A stretch of DNA of 43,518 nucleotides. Source: Pseudomonadota bacterium (GTDB lineage Bacteria > Pseudomonadota > Gammaproteobacteria > Acidiferrobacterales > Sulfurifustaceae). The notes under the pieces are model-generated. The model made no database searches and had not been told where the DNA came from. It worked only from the letters and a program-made list of their open reading frames with translations. Every line of letters begins with the position of its first letter. Within the stretch, counting starts at the first letter, position 1. The translations under genes were made by a program, and so were the position numbers. The stretch covers positions 1,486,384 through 1,529,901 of the forward strand of contig CP070641.1 of assembly GCA_020354085.1 (NCBI GenBank). Direction: 5' to 3'. Positions 8,239 through 17,773 of the stretch are shown here, in pieces.

Positions 8239-9465
8239 CTATACGCGTGTCAGCGCCTCGACCGGCACGTGGCGCGCGGCGCGCCACGCCGGATAGAGGC
8301 TCGCGACCAAACCCAACACGGCCACCAGTCCATTGGCCGCCGTGACGTCGGTTGCGGTCAGCGCCGGGTAGATAATTGGGCTCACGCCAAACATCTCGAA
8401 TCCTTCGGCAAAGGCCGAGAGGTCGAGTCCATTTTTGAGCGCACGCACAGTGGCCCAGGCCGCGACATTTCCGAGCGCGAGCGCGATGCCAAGAAGAATG
8501 ACCGACTCCGTCAACACCTGTCCGAGAATATTGCGCGGCGGCATACCGAGCGCCTGAAACAACCCGAACTCGCGCGTGCGCTCGAACACCGCCATGAGCA
8601 GCGTGTTGACGAGTCCGAACGACATGGCGGCGAACACAATCGCATACCAGACGATCAAAATGACGTTCACCACTTTCTCGGTCAGCGTGAGCAGTGGCTC
8701 GACCACGGACCACGGCTCGGTATCGAGCGTGGGCGCGGCGGCACGCAAGGCCGCGAGCGGCGCCTCTAGCCGGTTGCGGTCGTCTGCACGCACGACGATC
8801 TCCGATAGCGCGTCACCCATGCCGAGCATCTGCTGCGCGGTGGCGCGCCCAACAAATACGAATCCTGTTTCGATCGCCTGCGGTTCGCCGTCGAAGATGC
8901 CGACCACGCGGAAACCCCGGTCGGCGACGGTGTTGTTGACGTCTTGGCTCATCAGCACCACGCGCCGCCCGAGCTCGGTCTCCAATTGCTCGGCGAGCTT
9001 GCGCCCGAGTAGCAGTCCGGGTTCATCACTGGCTTCGAGATAGCGCCCGCTGGTAATGGCACTGCCGATGAACGAGACCTTCCGCTCCTGCTCCGGGTCG
9101 ATGCCGAGCAGCACGACACCGGCCGACTCGCGCTCACTTGCCACCACCGCCGGCACGCGCACCCGCCCCGCCCAGGCGCGAATCGACGGATGCGCGAGCG
9201 CCTCCGTCAACGGCGCATCCGGCGGGGACAGACGATGCTCGATGACCGGATCGTCGCGGTAAGCGGGCGCGTGCAACTGAATATGGCCGGTAAGGTTGTC
9301 GATCGATTTCTTGAGCTGGCTTTCGAGCGAGCCGCGCGACAGCGCCGCGAGCGCCACCATCGACCAGACACCGAGCGCGAGCGCGAACAGGATAGCGGCG
9401 GTGCGGCCGCGGTGGCGCCAGAGATTGCGCCAAGCGAGCGTGAGAAGCAGCGGAGTCTTTCGCAT
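8239..9465 (-). CDS. ABC transporter permease, FtsX/LolC-E-like
   Basis: Start taken at MRKTPLLLTLAWRNLWRHRGRT (ATG 9465), 4 nt after the upstream stop. It has an N-terminal TM helix, a large periplasmic domain and a C-terminal FtsX-type 3-TM bundle (ERTREFGLFQALG). Confidence 0.85.
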   Translation of the reverse strand: MRKTPLLLTLAWRNLWRHRGRTAAILFALALGVWSMVALAALSRGSLESQLKKSIDNLTGHIQLHAPAYRDDPVIEHRLSPPDAPLTEALAHPSIRAWAGRVRVPAVVASERESAGVVLLGIDPEQERKVSFIGSAITSGRYLEASDEPGLLLGRKLAEQLETELGRRVVLMSQDVNNTVADRGFRVVGIFDGEPQAIETGFVFVGRATAQQMLGMGDALSEIVVRADDRNRLEAPLAALRAAAPTLDTEPWSVVEPLLTLTEKVVNVILIVWYAIVFAAMSFGLVNTLLMAVFERTREFGLFQALGMPPRNILGQVLTESVILLGIALALGNVAAWATVRALKNGLDLSAFAEGFEMFGVSPIIYPALTATDVTAANGLVAVLGLVASLYPAWRAARHVPVEALTRV

Positions 9466-9469
9466 GTGC

Positions 9470-10696
9470 CTACACCGCGTGCATCGCCTCAACCGGCGCC
9501 AACCGCCGTATGCGCAGCGCCGGATAGAGCGCCGCCACCACGGTGAACAGGAAGATCACCGCGGGGCCCACCGCGATAGCGTTGAACGAGAGCTTGGCAT
9601 GAATGCGTCCCGGCAACCCGAACTGCGCATACAGCTCGGCCATGCCGGGGAACGTAAAACCCTCCAAATGAAAGTAGACCGCCAGCCCGCCGCCCACGAC
9701 CAAACCAATGCCGAGGCCGAGCAGCGCCAGCAAGACGGACTCAACCATCACCAAACTACCGATACGATACGGTGTCGCGCCCAGCGCCAGCATCACGCCG
9801 AATTCGCGCGTGCGCTCCAGTACCGACATCAAGAAGGTGTTGAGAATGCTGAAGGTCACGACAATGATCAAAATGATATAGGTGAACCAGTTCTGCACCA
9901 TGTCGGCCTCGATCGCCTGCTCGATACCCGGCAACAATTCTTGCCATTCGAGCACCACCAATTCTCTATCCGCCGGCAACAACGCGCGGGCGCGGGTCGC
10001 AGCCTTCGGCAGCTCGCGCAGCTCCATGCCACTCAGCACGATGGCGTGGGCATCGCTGCCCATGCTGAATACCTCTTGGAATGCGGCAAGCGGTAACTGC
10101 ACGAGGTGGCGATCGAGCTCCGGGTTGCCGCTGTCGAAAATTCCGACCACGGGAACGATAGTGGCTGCCACGGACCCGTCGCGACCAGATCCGAGCAGGG
10201 TGAGCTCGTCACCGACCTTGATCTTGAGATTGCGCGCAAGCGTCGCGCCGATCACCGCCTCGTACGCATCTGCCTCCCGCAGGTAGCGGCCCTGCGCCAA
10301 CCGCTTCGGGATGGTCGAAACCAGCGGCTCGTACTTCGGCTCCACGCCGCTGACCGGCACGCCGTAGGATCGGGAGCCGCTCGACGCGAGCGCGAACCCC
10401 TGCGCACGAGCTGCCACCGCGGGAAAACCGGCCGCGCGTAACTCGGCCGCAAGCGCGGCGGCCTCCGGCACGGTTGAGCGCATCTGCGGCTTGTCCAGGT
10501 AGCCGCTGCGCTGCACCTGTAATTGACCCGTATAAACACGCAGGCTGGTGTCGATCATCATGTCATAAGCGCCAAGCTGTAGCGTGATCATGAACACCAG
10601 CAGCGCGGCGGAAAAAGCAATCGCCGACGCCGTAAGCCAGGTGCGGCGCGCATGCCGCCACAGGTTACGCCAGGCAAAGCGCAGGGTGACGTTCAT
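9470..10696 (-). CDS. ABC transporter permease, FtsX/LolC-E-like (paralog)
   Basis: MNVTLRFAWRNLWRHARRT..., with the same topology as the neighbouring permease (ERTREFGVMLALG). Confidence 0.85.
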   Translation of the reverse strand: MNVTLRFAWRNLWRHARRTWLTASAIAFSAALLVFMITLQLGAYDMMIDTSLRVYTGQLQVQRSGYLDKPQMRSTVPEAAALAAELRAAGFPAVAARAQGFALASSGSRSYGVPVSGVEPKYEPLVSTIPKRLAQGRYLREADAYEAVIGATLARNLKIKVGDELTLLGSGRDGSVAATIVPVVGIFDSGNPELDRHLVQLPLAAFQEVFSMGSDAHAIVLSGMELRELPKAATRARALLPADRELVVLEWQELLPGIEQAIEADMVQNWFTYIILIIVVTFSILNTFLMSVLERTREFGVMLALGATPYRIGSLVMVESVLLALLGLGIGLVVGGGLAVYFHLEGFTFPGMAELYAQFGLPGRIHAKLSFNAIAVGPAVIFLFTVVAALYPALRIRRLAPVEAMHAV

Positions 10697-10703
10697 CTCA
10701 ACG

Positions 10704-11489
10704 TTATTCCCGCGGGTTGCTGAGGTTGGAAATGGTAAAGACGCTGGCCGGCAGATCGACGCCGAACTTCATCTCCCGCACCACGATCTCTGTCCACTCG
10801 CCGGGCTTGTCGACGCGCTGCATGCGCTGGCGCGTGACGATGACCTTCCCGCCCATTGGCTTGATCTCAAGGCTCGTTAGCTTCTTGACCAGCTCGCCGG
10901 CTTGATCGTAAAAGGCATGCTCGATTAGATTGTAGTCGTCGCGGACCTTGACGATCTCGCGACCCCAGACAACCGGTGCCGTTTCCTTGGGTGTTGATTC
11001 GATGGTCCAGACTTTGCGACCGTCCTGCGTCTCGGTGGCAAGCAGCTTATGCGTGTACTGCTCGATCAGGTCATCGGCCTTGGCCAGATCGTTGTTGGAA
11101 AAGTCCGACCCCATCCAACTCTGATTCATCATGCTCGATGGAATCTTGATGACGCGGTTGATCTTGGGCGTGTAGCTCCACATGTCGTTGTCGAGCAGCA
11201 ATGTTGCGTTGCCGGTGTCCTTGGCGGGGGCGACGACACGCACCAGCGATTCCTTGTTGCCGCGCGTCCACACGCGGATGGTCATGCGACGTTCCCAATC
11301 CGGACGATGGATTGCCATCTCGGAGACCGAATACGACGACACGTCGCGCCAGTACTCGATCGCGGCCTTGATGATGGCGGGTGCGTCGACGGCTTGAGGT
11401 TGCGCGCGCACCGGCAGGCTGACTGCCACCAGCGCCAGCGCGGCGGCACCCATCGTTCGTGCGCGAGCACTATTCGAGTAGGAAGTCAT
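10704..11489 (-). CDS. Outer-membrane lipoprotein-sorting (LolA-like) periplasmic protein
   Basis: Signal peptide ...AALALVAVSLPVRAQP. The mature part carries W.Y.P......IKIPSSMMNQSWMGSDFSNNDL, as I remember it from the LolA-like family. It is the first gene of the operon with the two FtsX permeases and the ATPase. The start could also be the internal MGAAAL. Confidence 0.75.
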   Translation of the reverse strand: MTSYSNSARARTMGAAALALVAVSLPVRAQPQAVDAPAIIKAAIEYWRDVSSYSVSEMAIHRPDWERRMTIRVWTRGNKESLVRVVAPAKDTGNATLLLDNDMWSYTPKINRVIKIPSSMMNQSWMGSDFSNNDLAKADDLIEQYTHKLLATETQDGRKVWTIESTPKETAPVVWGREIVKVRDDYNLIEHAFYDQAGELVKKLTSLEIKPMGGKVIVTRQRMQRVDKPGEWTEIVVREMKFGVDLPASVFTISNLSNPRE

Positions 11490-11604
11490 GCGCGCAGCCG
11501 TGTAGCACGCTCAATCATGGAACTGACTATGCCACAGTGCATCTCGCGCGCGAACCCGTGATTCCGATTCTTATCGGGCACGCACCGGTTCCGTGCAACG
11601 TCCG

Positions 11605-12615
11605 CTAATGGTTGCAGTACAACACGATCTTGCCGGTAACCTTTGATTGTTGCAGCAAGATATGGGCGCGCATTGCGTCGTCGAGCGGCAAGCGCATGCC
11701 GATGATGGGTCTGATCTTGCCGTGAAACAGCAGCCCAAACAGCATGGCCAGGTCCTCCTGCGCTAGCTTGCGGCTGCTGTACGGCGGCGCCATGACGCCG
11801 AATATCCAGCACACCTTGCGGCCGCTGGGGATCAGCATGAGCCACAGCAACAAGGCAAGGCTCGACGCAATCTTACCCATGCCCTCATGGAAGGCTACCG
11901 ATACGCCATACGGCACCAGCCGGCCGCCGCGCCGCAGACAGCGATAGGAGCGGCGCCAGTGCCAGCCGCCGATCGGATCGAAGACGGCATCCACGCCGTC
12001 GCCGGTAAGCTCACGAATGCGGGCAACGAAGTCTTCGTTTTGGTAGTCAATGGGGGTGGCGCCGAGGTCCTTGATGAGCTCGTGCTTGCCCTTCGATGCG
12101 GTCGCGTACATCTCAAGCCCGGCAAGCTTGCCCAATTGCAGGAGCGCCGTGCCGACCCCGCCTGCGCCGCCGTGAACGAGAATGCGCTCGCCCTTCTGAA
12201 CCCGCGCCACGCGGTGCAGCAGCTGATACGCGGTCACGTAATTCAATACCAAGGGGGCCGCGTCGACGGCTTCCGTGTTCGGCGGTACTGGCACGAGATG
12301 GTCGGCTGGCACACACACGTATTCAGCGTAACCACCGAAGCGCGTGAGCGCCGCGACCATGTCACCCAACCTGCGGTTTTCGACGCCTGGACCGAGCTTG
12401 TCGATGCGACCCACGACATCAAAACCCGGGCTGTACGGGAGCGGCGGTGCGCCCGGGTAACGCCCGGCGCGCATCATAAGATCGACGAACGCGACCCCGG
12501 CTGCCTGCACCTTGATACGCACCTGGCCCTCCGCGGGCTCGGGCAAAGGCGCCAACACAACTTGCAGCGCATCCGGATTACCGTGTCGCGTGATGACGAC
12601 CCGACGATACTTCAC
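11605..12615 (-). CDS. Medium-chain (zinc-type) dehydrogenase/reductase, quinone oxidoreductase-like
   Basis: GTG start at 12615, 7 nt after GGGAGG, giving MKYRRVVITRHGNPDALQVV. Rossmann motif VHGGAGGVGTALLQL. The longer ORF in the track has no RBS. Confidence 0.85.
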   Translation of the reverse strand: MKYRRVVITRHGNPDALQVVLAPLPEPAEGQVRIKVQAAGVAFVDLMMRAGRYPGAPPLPYSPGFDVVGRIDKLGPGVENRRLGDMVAALTRFGGYAEYVCVPADHLVPVPPNTEAVDAAPLVLNYVTAYQLLHRVARVQKGERILVHGGAGGVGTALLQLGKLAGLEMYATASKGKHELIKDLGATPIDYQNEDFVARIRELTGDGVDAVFDPIGGWHWRRSYRCLRRGGRLVPYGVSVAFHEGMGKIASSLALLLWLMLIPSGRKVCWIFGVMAPPYSSRKLAQEDLAMLFGLLFHGKIRPIIGMRLPLDDAMRAHILLQQSKVTGKIVLYCNH

Positions 12616-12777
12616 GTGCACACCTCCCTGGTAGCGCTCGTTATACCGACCCGATCGGCGCGCAGCGTAACTGTTCCCTCGCCTTTTGTCTTCTGGTCTA
12701 GAGAAATGCCTGCGCCACTGCGACGGAAGTCGCATGCGTTAGAATCCTAACCAAACTTGTGCTTCGGATGGACCTCG

Positions 12778-13725
12778 ATGCTGCGCATAGGTATCGACCT
12801 TGGGGGAACAAAAACTGAAGGCGTTCTGATGGATGCGGCCGGTCACATCGTGCATCGCGAACGGCGCGCCACCCCGGCGGACAAGGGTTATGAAGCGATA
12901 CTCGAGAACCTCGCCGGACTGGTTCGCGATCTCGACCGACGCGCGGGAAGGGCCTGCCACGTCGGCATCGGCACCCCGGGTGCGATCTCGACACGCACGG
13001 GTCTCCTGAAAAACTCCAACACCACGTGCCTGAACGGTAAGCCGATCAAACAGGATCTGGAACGGCTGCTGGCGCGCGAGGTGCGTATTGCCAACGACGC
13101 CAACTGCTTCGCGTTGTCGGAAGCGCTTGACGGGGCCGGGCGTGGTGAACCGGTGGTGTTCGGCGTCATTCTCGGCACCGGCGTGGGCGGCGGGATCGTC
13201 GTCAATGGCCAGATCGTCGAAGGCCTGCAACACATCGCCGGCGAATGGGGGCACAACGTGCTCGAAGCTGACGGCCCGGAGTGTTATTGCGGCAAACGCG
13301 GCTGCGTGGAGACTTTTCTCTCGGGACCCGGTCTGGTGCGTGACTATGTCACACATGGCGGTGAGTCCGGTTTGGATGCCATTTCCATCGTGGCGCGGGC
13401 AAACGCTCACGACCATATCGCGCAAGCAGCGTTGCAGCGCTACCTCGAACGCTTTGGCCGCGCGCTATCGGTGGTGGTTAACATCCTCGACCCGCACGTG
13501 ATTGTCCTGGGTGGCGGCATGTCGAACATAAAACACCTCTACCGCGATGGCCGCGATCATCTCGCGCGCGCGGTGTTTGCTGCACATGGACGTGCGAATG
13601 TCGCGTTAGACAGGATGTCAGGAGCGAGTAACGATGAGCTACGCACGCGCCTTGTTGCCAATGTCCACGGCGATTCTTCTGGCGTGCGCGGCGCGGCACA
13701 GCTCTGGCCGACGAGCGCGGGCTAG
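12778..13725 (+). CDS. ROK family sugar kinase (N-acetylglucosamine kinase / fructokinase-like)
   Basis: MLRIGIDLGGTKTE ATP-binding loop, ROK zinc motif CYCGKRGCVETFLSG and C-terminal HGDSSGVRGAA. There is a ~20-aa insertion before the last motif relative to my memory of NagK/Mak. Confidence 0.85.
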   Translation: MLRIGIDLGGTKTEGVLMDAAGHIVHRERRATPADKGYEAILENLAGLVRDLDRRAGRACHVGIGTPGAISTRTGLLKNSNTTCLNGKPIKQDLERLLAREVRIANDANCFALSEALDGAGRGEPVVFGVILGTGVGGGIVVNGQIVEGLQHIAGEWGHNVLEADGPECYCGKRGCVETFLSGPGLVRDYVTHGGESGLDAISIVARANAHDHIAQAALQRYLERFGRALSVVVNILDPHVIVLGGGMSNIKHLYRDGRDHLARAVFAAHGRANVALDRMSGASNDELRTRLVANVHGDSSGVRGAAQLWPTSAG

Positions 13726-13935
13726 CATCATCGCCCCGCCATCCCCTCACTCCCCTCTTTCTTGATTTCCGTCAGATAACCCGACGAATCGTCTGCGGCT
13801 ATTTGCCGCGGGCCGTTCGTCGGTCAAGGGTCAACGGCCGATGCGCCGGGACGTCTTAAGAGGTGAAAAGGCGAACCAGTGACCCCAACAACAGCGCAAG
13901 GGAGAAAAGACGTCAATTGTCTCAAGGAGGCAGTC

Positions 13936-14307
13936 ATGAAATACAAATCACTTATCGTCTTGATCGTCGGCGCAGCACTCGCCGCAAACGGCGGGTTGGT
14001 ATTGGGAGCCGATCAGGCGCGTGATCCGACACGCGCCCAGGACCAGACCCAGCTGCGCACGCAGGATCAGATCTACGGCTCACAGCTCATGACACAGGAA
14101 GAGCGCGCCGCACATCAGGCCAAGATGCGCGCGGCGAAGACCGAGCAGGAACGCGAGCAGATCCGCGCCGAACATCACAAGCAGATGCAGGAGCGCGCCA
14201 AGCAGCAGGGCGTGACGCTGCCCGATGAGCCGCCGGCGCGCGGCAGGGGTGGCGGACCGGGGCCTGGCCCCGGTGGCGGTATGGGTCCCGGCGGCGGTCG
14301 CCGCTGA
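13936..14307 (+). CDS. Small secreted low-complexity protein (Spy/CpxP/ZraP-like helical region, Gly/Pro-rich tail; tentative)
   Basis: AAGGAGG RBS and signal peptide MKYKSLIVLIVGAALAANG. A Q/E/R/K-rich helical segment (LMTQEERAAHQAKMRAAKTEQEREQIRAEHHKQMQERAKQQG) is followed by the tail GRGGGPGPGPGGGMGPGGGRR. Confidence 0.6.
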   Translation: MKYKSLIVLIVGAALAANGGLVLGADQARDPTRAQDQTQLRTQDQIYGSQLMTQEERAAHQAKMRAAKTEQEREQIRAEHHKQMQERAKQQGVTLPDEPPARGRGGGPGPGPGGGMGPGGGRR

Positions 14308-14323
14308 CAGCTCGCCCGAAGTA

Positions 14324-14371
14324 ACGCACCTCATGTCGCTTCAGCTATCGCGTGAGGTGCGTCAGCTTCTT
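14324..14371 (+). terminator. Candidate terminator hairpin after the small secreted protein gene
   Basis: 10-bp stem ACGCACCTCA / TGAGGTGCGT (14324..14333 / 14353..14362) followed by CAGCTTCTTTGC. The loop is long (19 nt), so this is a weak call. Confidence 0.3.
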
Positions 14372-14863
14372 TGCTCCATGATCGTACGCTTGCAAAGCGC
14401 TCAACGCTCAGCACAAGCGCATATGATGGCCGGAGATGCTTCTGCAATGCCGACTACCGACCCGCCACCCGGCCGCGGACCATGACGAAAGTCACCGCCC
14501 ATGTGCGGTGGCGGTTCCGCCATGAAACGCCAGATGGAAGCATCGGCATGAATTGCGGCGGGCACTTGTGCGTTGCGAGATTCCAGTCACGGTGGTGCGC
14601 CTCGTATGCCGATCGAATCTAGCCGTGTACCGAATCCGAACGATTCTTGATCTTCGTCAATACAGCGAAACTGCCGACTAGGGCAATCTGTCGCTAAGCG
14701 GCCGCTCCCCACAGCTATTGGGGCGTGATGAAGTCGCGCCGCGAAGGCGTGTTCACAGTACCGCTGTTGAATCGGCGCGGCACGTTAGAATCGGTGATTG
14801 GTGCTGAGCTAACATCCCGTCATGATTTTCGGCCGTGAGCCTGGCCGACACAAGGAGGAAGCC

Positions 14864-15370
14864 ATGAAAACGTTATTCATCTCGCTTGTCGTTGCCACCG
14901 CAGTTGCCGCCTGTAGCCCACCCGCGCCAAAGACGCCTGCGACGGGAGCGACCGCCGACAGTAACGTGATCGTGCGCTACTCGAAGGAAGCGAAGTTCGA
15001 GAACGTTCGCGATGACGTGGAGAATGCCATCAAGAACCGCGGACTCGTGATTGACCATACCTCGCACATCAGTAATATGCTCGAGCGTACGGGCAAAGAC
15101 CTCGGCACGCCGACCAAGATCTACAACGAGGGGCAGGCTTTCTCGTTCTGCTCCGCGGTGGTGTCGCGCAAGACGATGGAGGCCGATGCGCACAACATTG
15201 CCTACTGTCCCTACGCCGTGGTCGTGTACGCAACCGTGGCCGAGCCCAAGAACGTCTACGTCGCTTACACGCGCGCGCCGGCGACAGGTTCTGACGCGAA
15301 CAAGGCAGTTATCGCCGAGATGAACAATCTTCTTGATGGCATCGCCAAAGAAGGGTTGAACATCAAGTAG
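14864..15370 (+). CDS. DUF302 domain lipoprotein
   Basis: AAGGAGG RBS and lipobox VAAC in MKTLFISLVVATAVAAC. The mature domain follows a DUF302-like pattern (VENAIKNRGLVIDHTSHI..., ...YCPYAVVVY). Confidence 0.7.
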   Translation: MKTLFISLVVATAVAACSPPAPKTPATGATADSNVIVRYSKEAKFENVRDDVENAIKNRGLVIDHTSHISNMLERTGKDLGTPTKIYNEGQAFSFCSAVVSRKTMEADAHNIAYCPYAVVVYATVAEPKNVYVAYTRAPATGSDANKAVIAEMNNLLDGIAKEGLNIK

Positions 15371-15398
15371 TTTTTTGTGCGCCCCGGGGTTGGCGCCA

Positions 15399-15430
15399 CC
15401 GCGGCCCGTTTTGCGGGCCGCGGTTCTCGC
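15399..15430 (+). terminator. Rho-independent-type hairpin after the DUF302 gene
   Basis: CCGCGGCCCG-TTTTG-CGGGCCGCGG (10-bp GC stem) followed by a weak T tract, TTCTCGCTT. Confidence 0.45.
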
Positions 15431-15469
15431 TTATACTTTCCGCTCGCCCACTCCTAATAAGAACGCCCG

Positions 15470-17194
15470 ATGCGCGCCTCCCGCCTGTTGCTGTCCACCG
15501 TCCGCGAAACACCGGCGGAGGCCGAAACCATCTCGCACAAGCTCATGCTGCGCGCCGGCATGATCCGCAAGCTGGCCGCCGGGATCTACACCTGGTTGCC
15601 ACTTGGGCTGCGGGTGCTGCGTCGGGTCGAGGCGATCGTGCGCGAAGAAATGGACCGCGCTGGCGCTCAAGAGGTGCTGATGCCCGCCGTGCAGCCGGCG
15701 GAGTTGTGGCAGGAGTCCGGTCGCTGGGACGTATACGGACCGGAGTTGCTGCGCCTCCAAGACCGGCACCGTCGCGATTTCTGTTTTGGTCCGACGCACG
15801 AAGAAGTCATCACCGACCTCATTCGGCGCGAGATCAAGAGCTATCGCCAACTGCCGGCGAACTTCTACCAGATTCAGATGAAGTTCCGCGACGAGATCCG
15901 CCCGCGCTTTGGCGTGATGCGCGCCCGTGAGTTCCTGATGAAGGACGCCTATTCCTTCCACGTCGACCAGGCCTCGCTCAAGGAAACTTACGACGTGATG
16001 TACGACACCTACTCGCGTATCTTCCGGCGCGTGGGGCTCGCCTTTCGGCCGGTGGCGGCCGATACCGGCGCCATCGGCGGCAGCGCTTCGCACGAATTCC
16101 ACGTGCTCGCCGACTCCGGCGAGGACGCCATCGCTCTCTGCAACGCCTGCGACTACGCGGCCAATGTCGAGCTGGCCACCGCCCTGCCGCCGTTCGGCAA
16201 GCGCGCTGCCCCCACGGCGGCGATGGAGCCAGTCGCCACCCCGGGGCAGCACACGATCGAAGAAGTGAGCCGCTTTCTGAAAGTCGACCCGAAACGGACA
16301 CTCAAGACACTGCTCGTGCGCGGCACCGGCGGCGTGGTGGCGCTGGTACTACGCGGCGATCACGAGCTCAACCCGATCAAGGCCGAGAAACTCGCGCATG
16401 TCGCCAAGCCCCTTGAGTTTGTCACACCGGGAGAGGTCGAGGCCGTGGCGCACTGCGAACCCGGTTCCATCGGGCCGGCGGGTCTCGCGATCCAGGTGAT
16501 CGCCGATGAATCAGCCGCGCGCTTGGCGGACTTTGTCTGCGGCGCCAACAAGGACGGCCAACACCTGCGCAACGTCAACTGGGGGCGCGACTTGCCGGAG
16601 CCGGAAGTGGCCGATATCCGCAACGTCATCGCCGGCGATCCCTGCCCTGGCAACGAGGGCAAGTGCAACGGCACGCTCGAAATCCGGCGCGGCATCGAGG
16701 TCGGTCACATTTTTCAGCTCGGCACCAAGTACAGCGAGGCCATGCAGGCGACCGTGCTCGATGATGCCGGGCGCACGGTGGTCATGCCCATGGGCTGCTA
16801 CGGCATCGGCGTGTCACGCGTGGTGGCCGCCGCCATCGAACAAAATCACGACGACAACGGCATCATCTGGTCGGACGCCATCGCGCCTTTTCAAGTGGCC
16901 CTGGTGCCGATTGGTTATCACAAGTCACAGGCGGTGCGCACCGCCGCCGAAGAGCTTTACCACACGCTCACCGGGGCAGGCTTCGATGTGTTGTTCGACG
17001 ACCGCAATGAGCGGCCTGGGGTCATGTTCGCCGATCTCGACTTGATCGGCATCCCGCACCGGCTGGTGCTGGGCGACAAAGGGCTCGCCAAGGGCACAGC
17101 AGAATACAAGGGTCGGCGCGATGAGAAGGCGCGCGACATTGCGCTCGCCAACGTAACCACGGAGCTTTTTCAAGCCTTGCGTCTGATCGACTGA
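15470..17194 (+). CDS. proS: Proline--tRNA ligase
   Basis: 574 aa. [46 protein letters not shown] plus class II motifs and the bacterial-type editing (INS) domain. Confidence 0.97.
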   Translation: MRASRLLLSTVRETPAEAETISHKLMLRAGMIRKLAAGIYTWLPLGLRVLRRVEAIVREEMDRAGAQEVLMPAVQPAELWQESGRWDVYGPELLRLQDRHRRDFCFGPTHEEVITDLIRREIKSYRQLPANFYQIQMKFRDEIRPRFGVMRAREFLMKDAYSFHVDQASLKETYDVMYDTYSRIFRRVGLAFRPVAADTGAIGGSASHEFHVLADSGEDAIALCNACDYAANVELATALPPFGKRAAPTAAMEPVATPGQHTIEEVSRFLKVDPKRTLKTLLVRGTGGVVALVLRGDHELNPIKAEKLAHVAKPLEFVTPGEVEAVAHCEPGSIGPAGLAIQVIADESAARLADFVCGANKDGQHLRNVNWGRDLPEPEVADIRNVIAGDPCPGNEGKCNGTLEIRRGIEVGHIFQLGTKYSEAMQATVLDDAGRTVVMPMGCYGIGVSRVVAAAIEQNHDDNGIIWSDAIAPFQVALVPIGYHKSQAVRTAAEELYHTLTGAGFDVLFDDRNERPGVMFADLDLIGIPHRLVLGDKGLAKGTAEYKGRRDEKARDIALANVTTELFQALRLID

Positions 17195-17240
17195 GTCGCA
17201 ACCCGGGCTACACCAATCCCCACGACCGAGGAGACGAATC

Positions 17241-17759
17241 GTGCTTGCACTGCGAATATCGCCGATAACCAAAGTCCAAATTATTGTCGGCCTGTTGTTC
17301 GCTGGTTTGGCGGGATCGGCCTTGGCCGACGCCTTCGAGCGCGGCAGCGTCGGGGTGACGCTCGGTATCGGCACGGGGCAGGTCAACAACAACGACTACT
17401 ACACCGTTGGCTTAGGGGTTAACTACTACGTCTTGAATGGCCTGTCGCTCAGCCTCTATGGCGAGACACGACAGGGTATCGAGCCCACCATCAACAAGCT
17501 GAGCCCCGGGATCGGCTACGTGTTCTCCACGCGCGGACCGATCAAGCCCTACGTCGGTGCGTTCTACCGGCGGACCTATGTGGAGAACTTCGATGACTTC
17601 GATGCCTACGGCGGACGCGCCGGCGTCTATCTTGCCATGGGCGGCAATGCCTATCTCAGCATTGGCGGCGTGTACGAGAAGCTGCACGATTGCCAAGATA
17701 CGGCGACCATCAAGTGCTCGGACGCCTACGGCGAGATTGGTCTGACCTTCGCCTTCTAG
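17241..17759 (+). CDS. Small outer-membrane beta-barrel protein
   Basis: GTG start after GGAG, with a signal peptide ending ALADA. It has alternating-hydrophobic strands rich in G/Y and the typical C-terminal GLTFAF. Confidence 0.7.
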   Translation: MLALRISPITKVQIIVGLLFAGLAGSALADAFERGSVGVTLGIGTGQVNNNDYYTVGLGVNYYVLNGLSLSLYGETRQGIEPTINKLSPGIGYVFSTRGPIKPYVGAFYRRTYVENFDDFDAYGGRAGVYLAMGGNAYLSIGGVYEKLHDCQDTATIKCSDAYGEIGLTFAF

Positions 17760-17773
17760 TTGCGCGCGAAACG

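Noticed and set aside
13820-13870. ECF-like -10 element CGTCTTA upstream of the small secreted protein gene, considered as a second target of the ECF sigma factor in this window.
   Set aside because: The sequence 17 nt upstream reads GGTCAA rather than GGAAT/GGAAC. A 4-6-nt -10 match alone is not meaningful.
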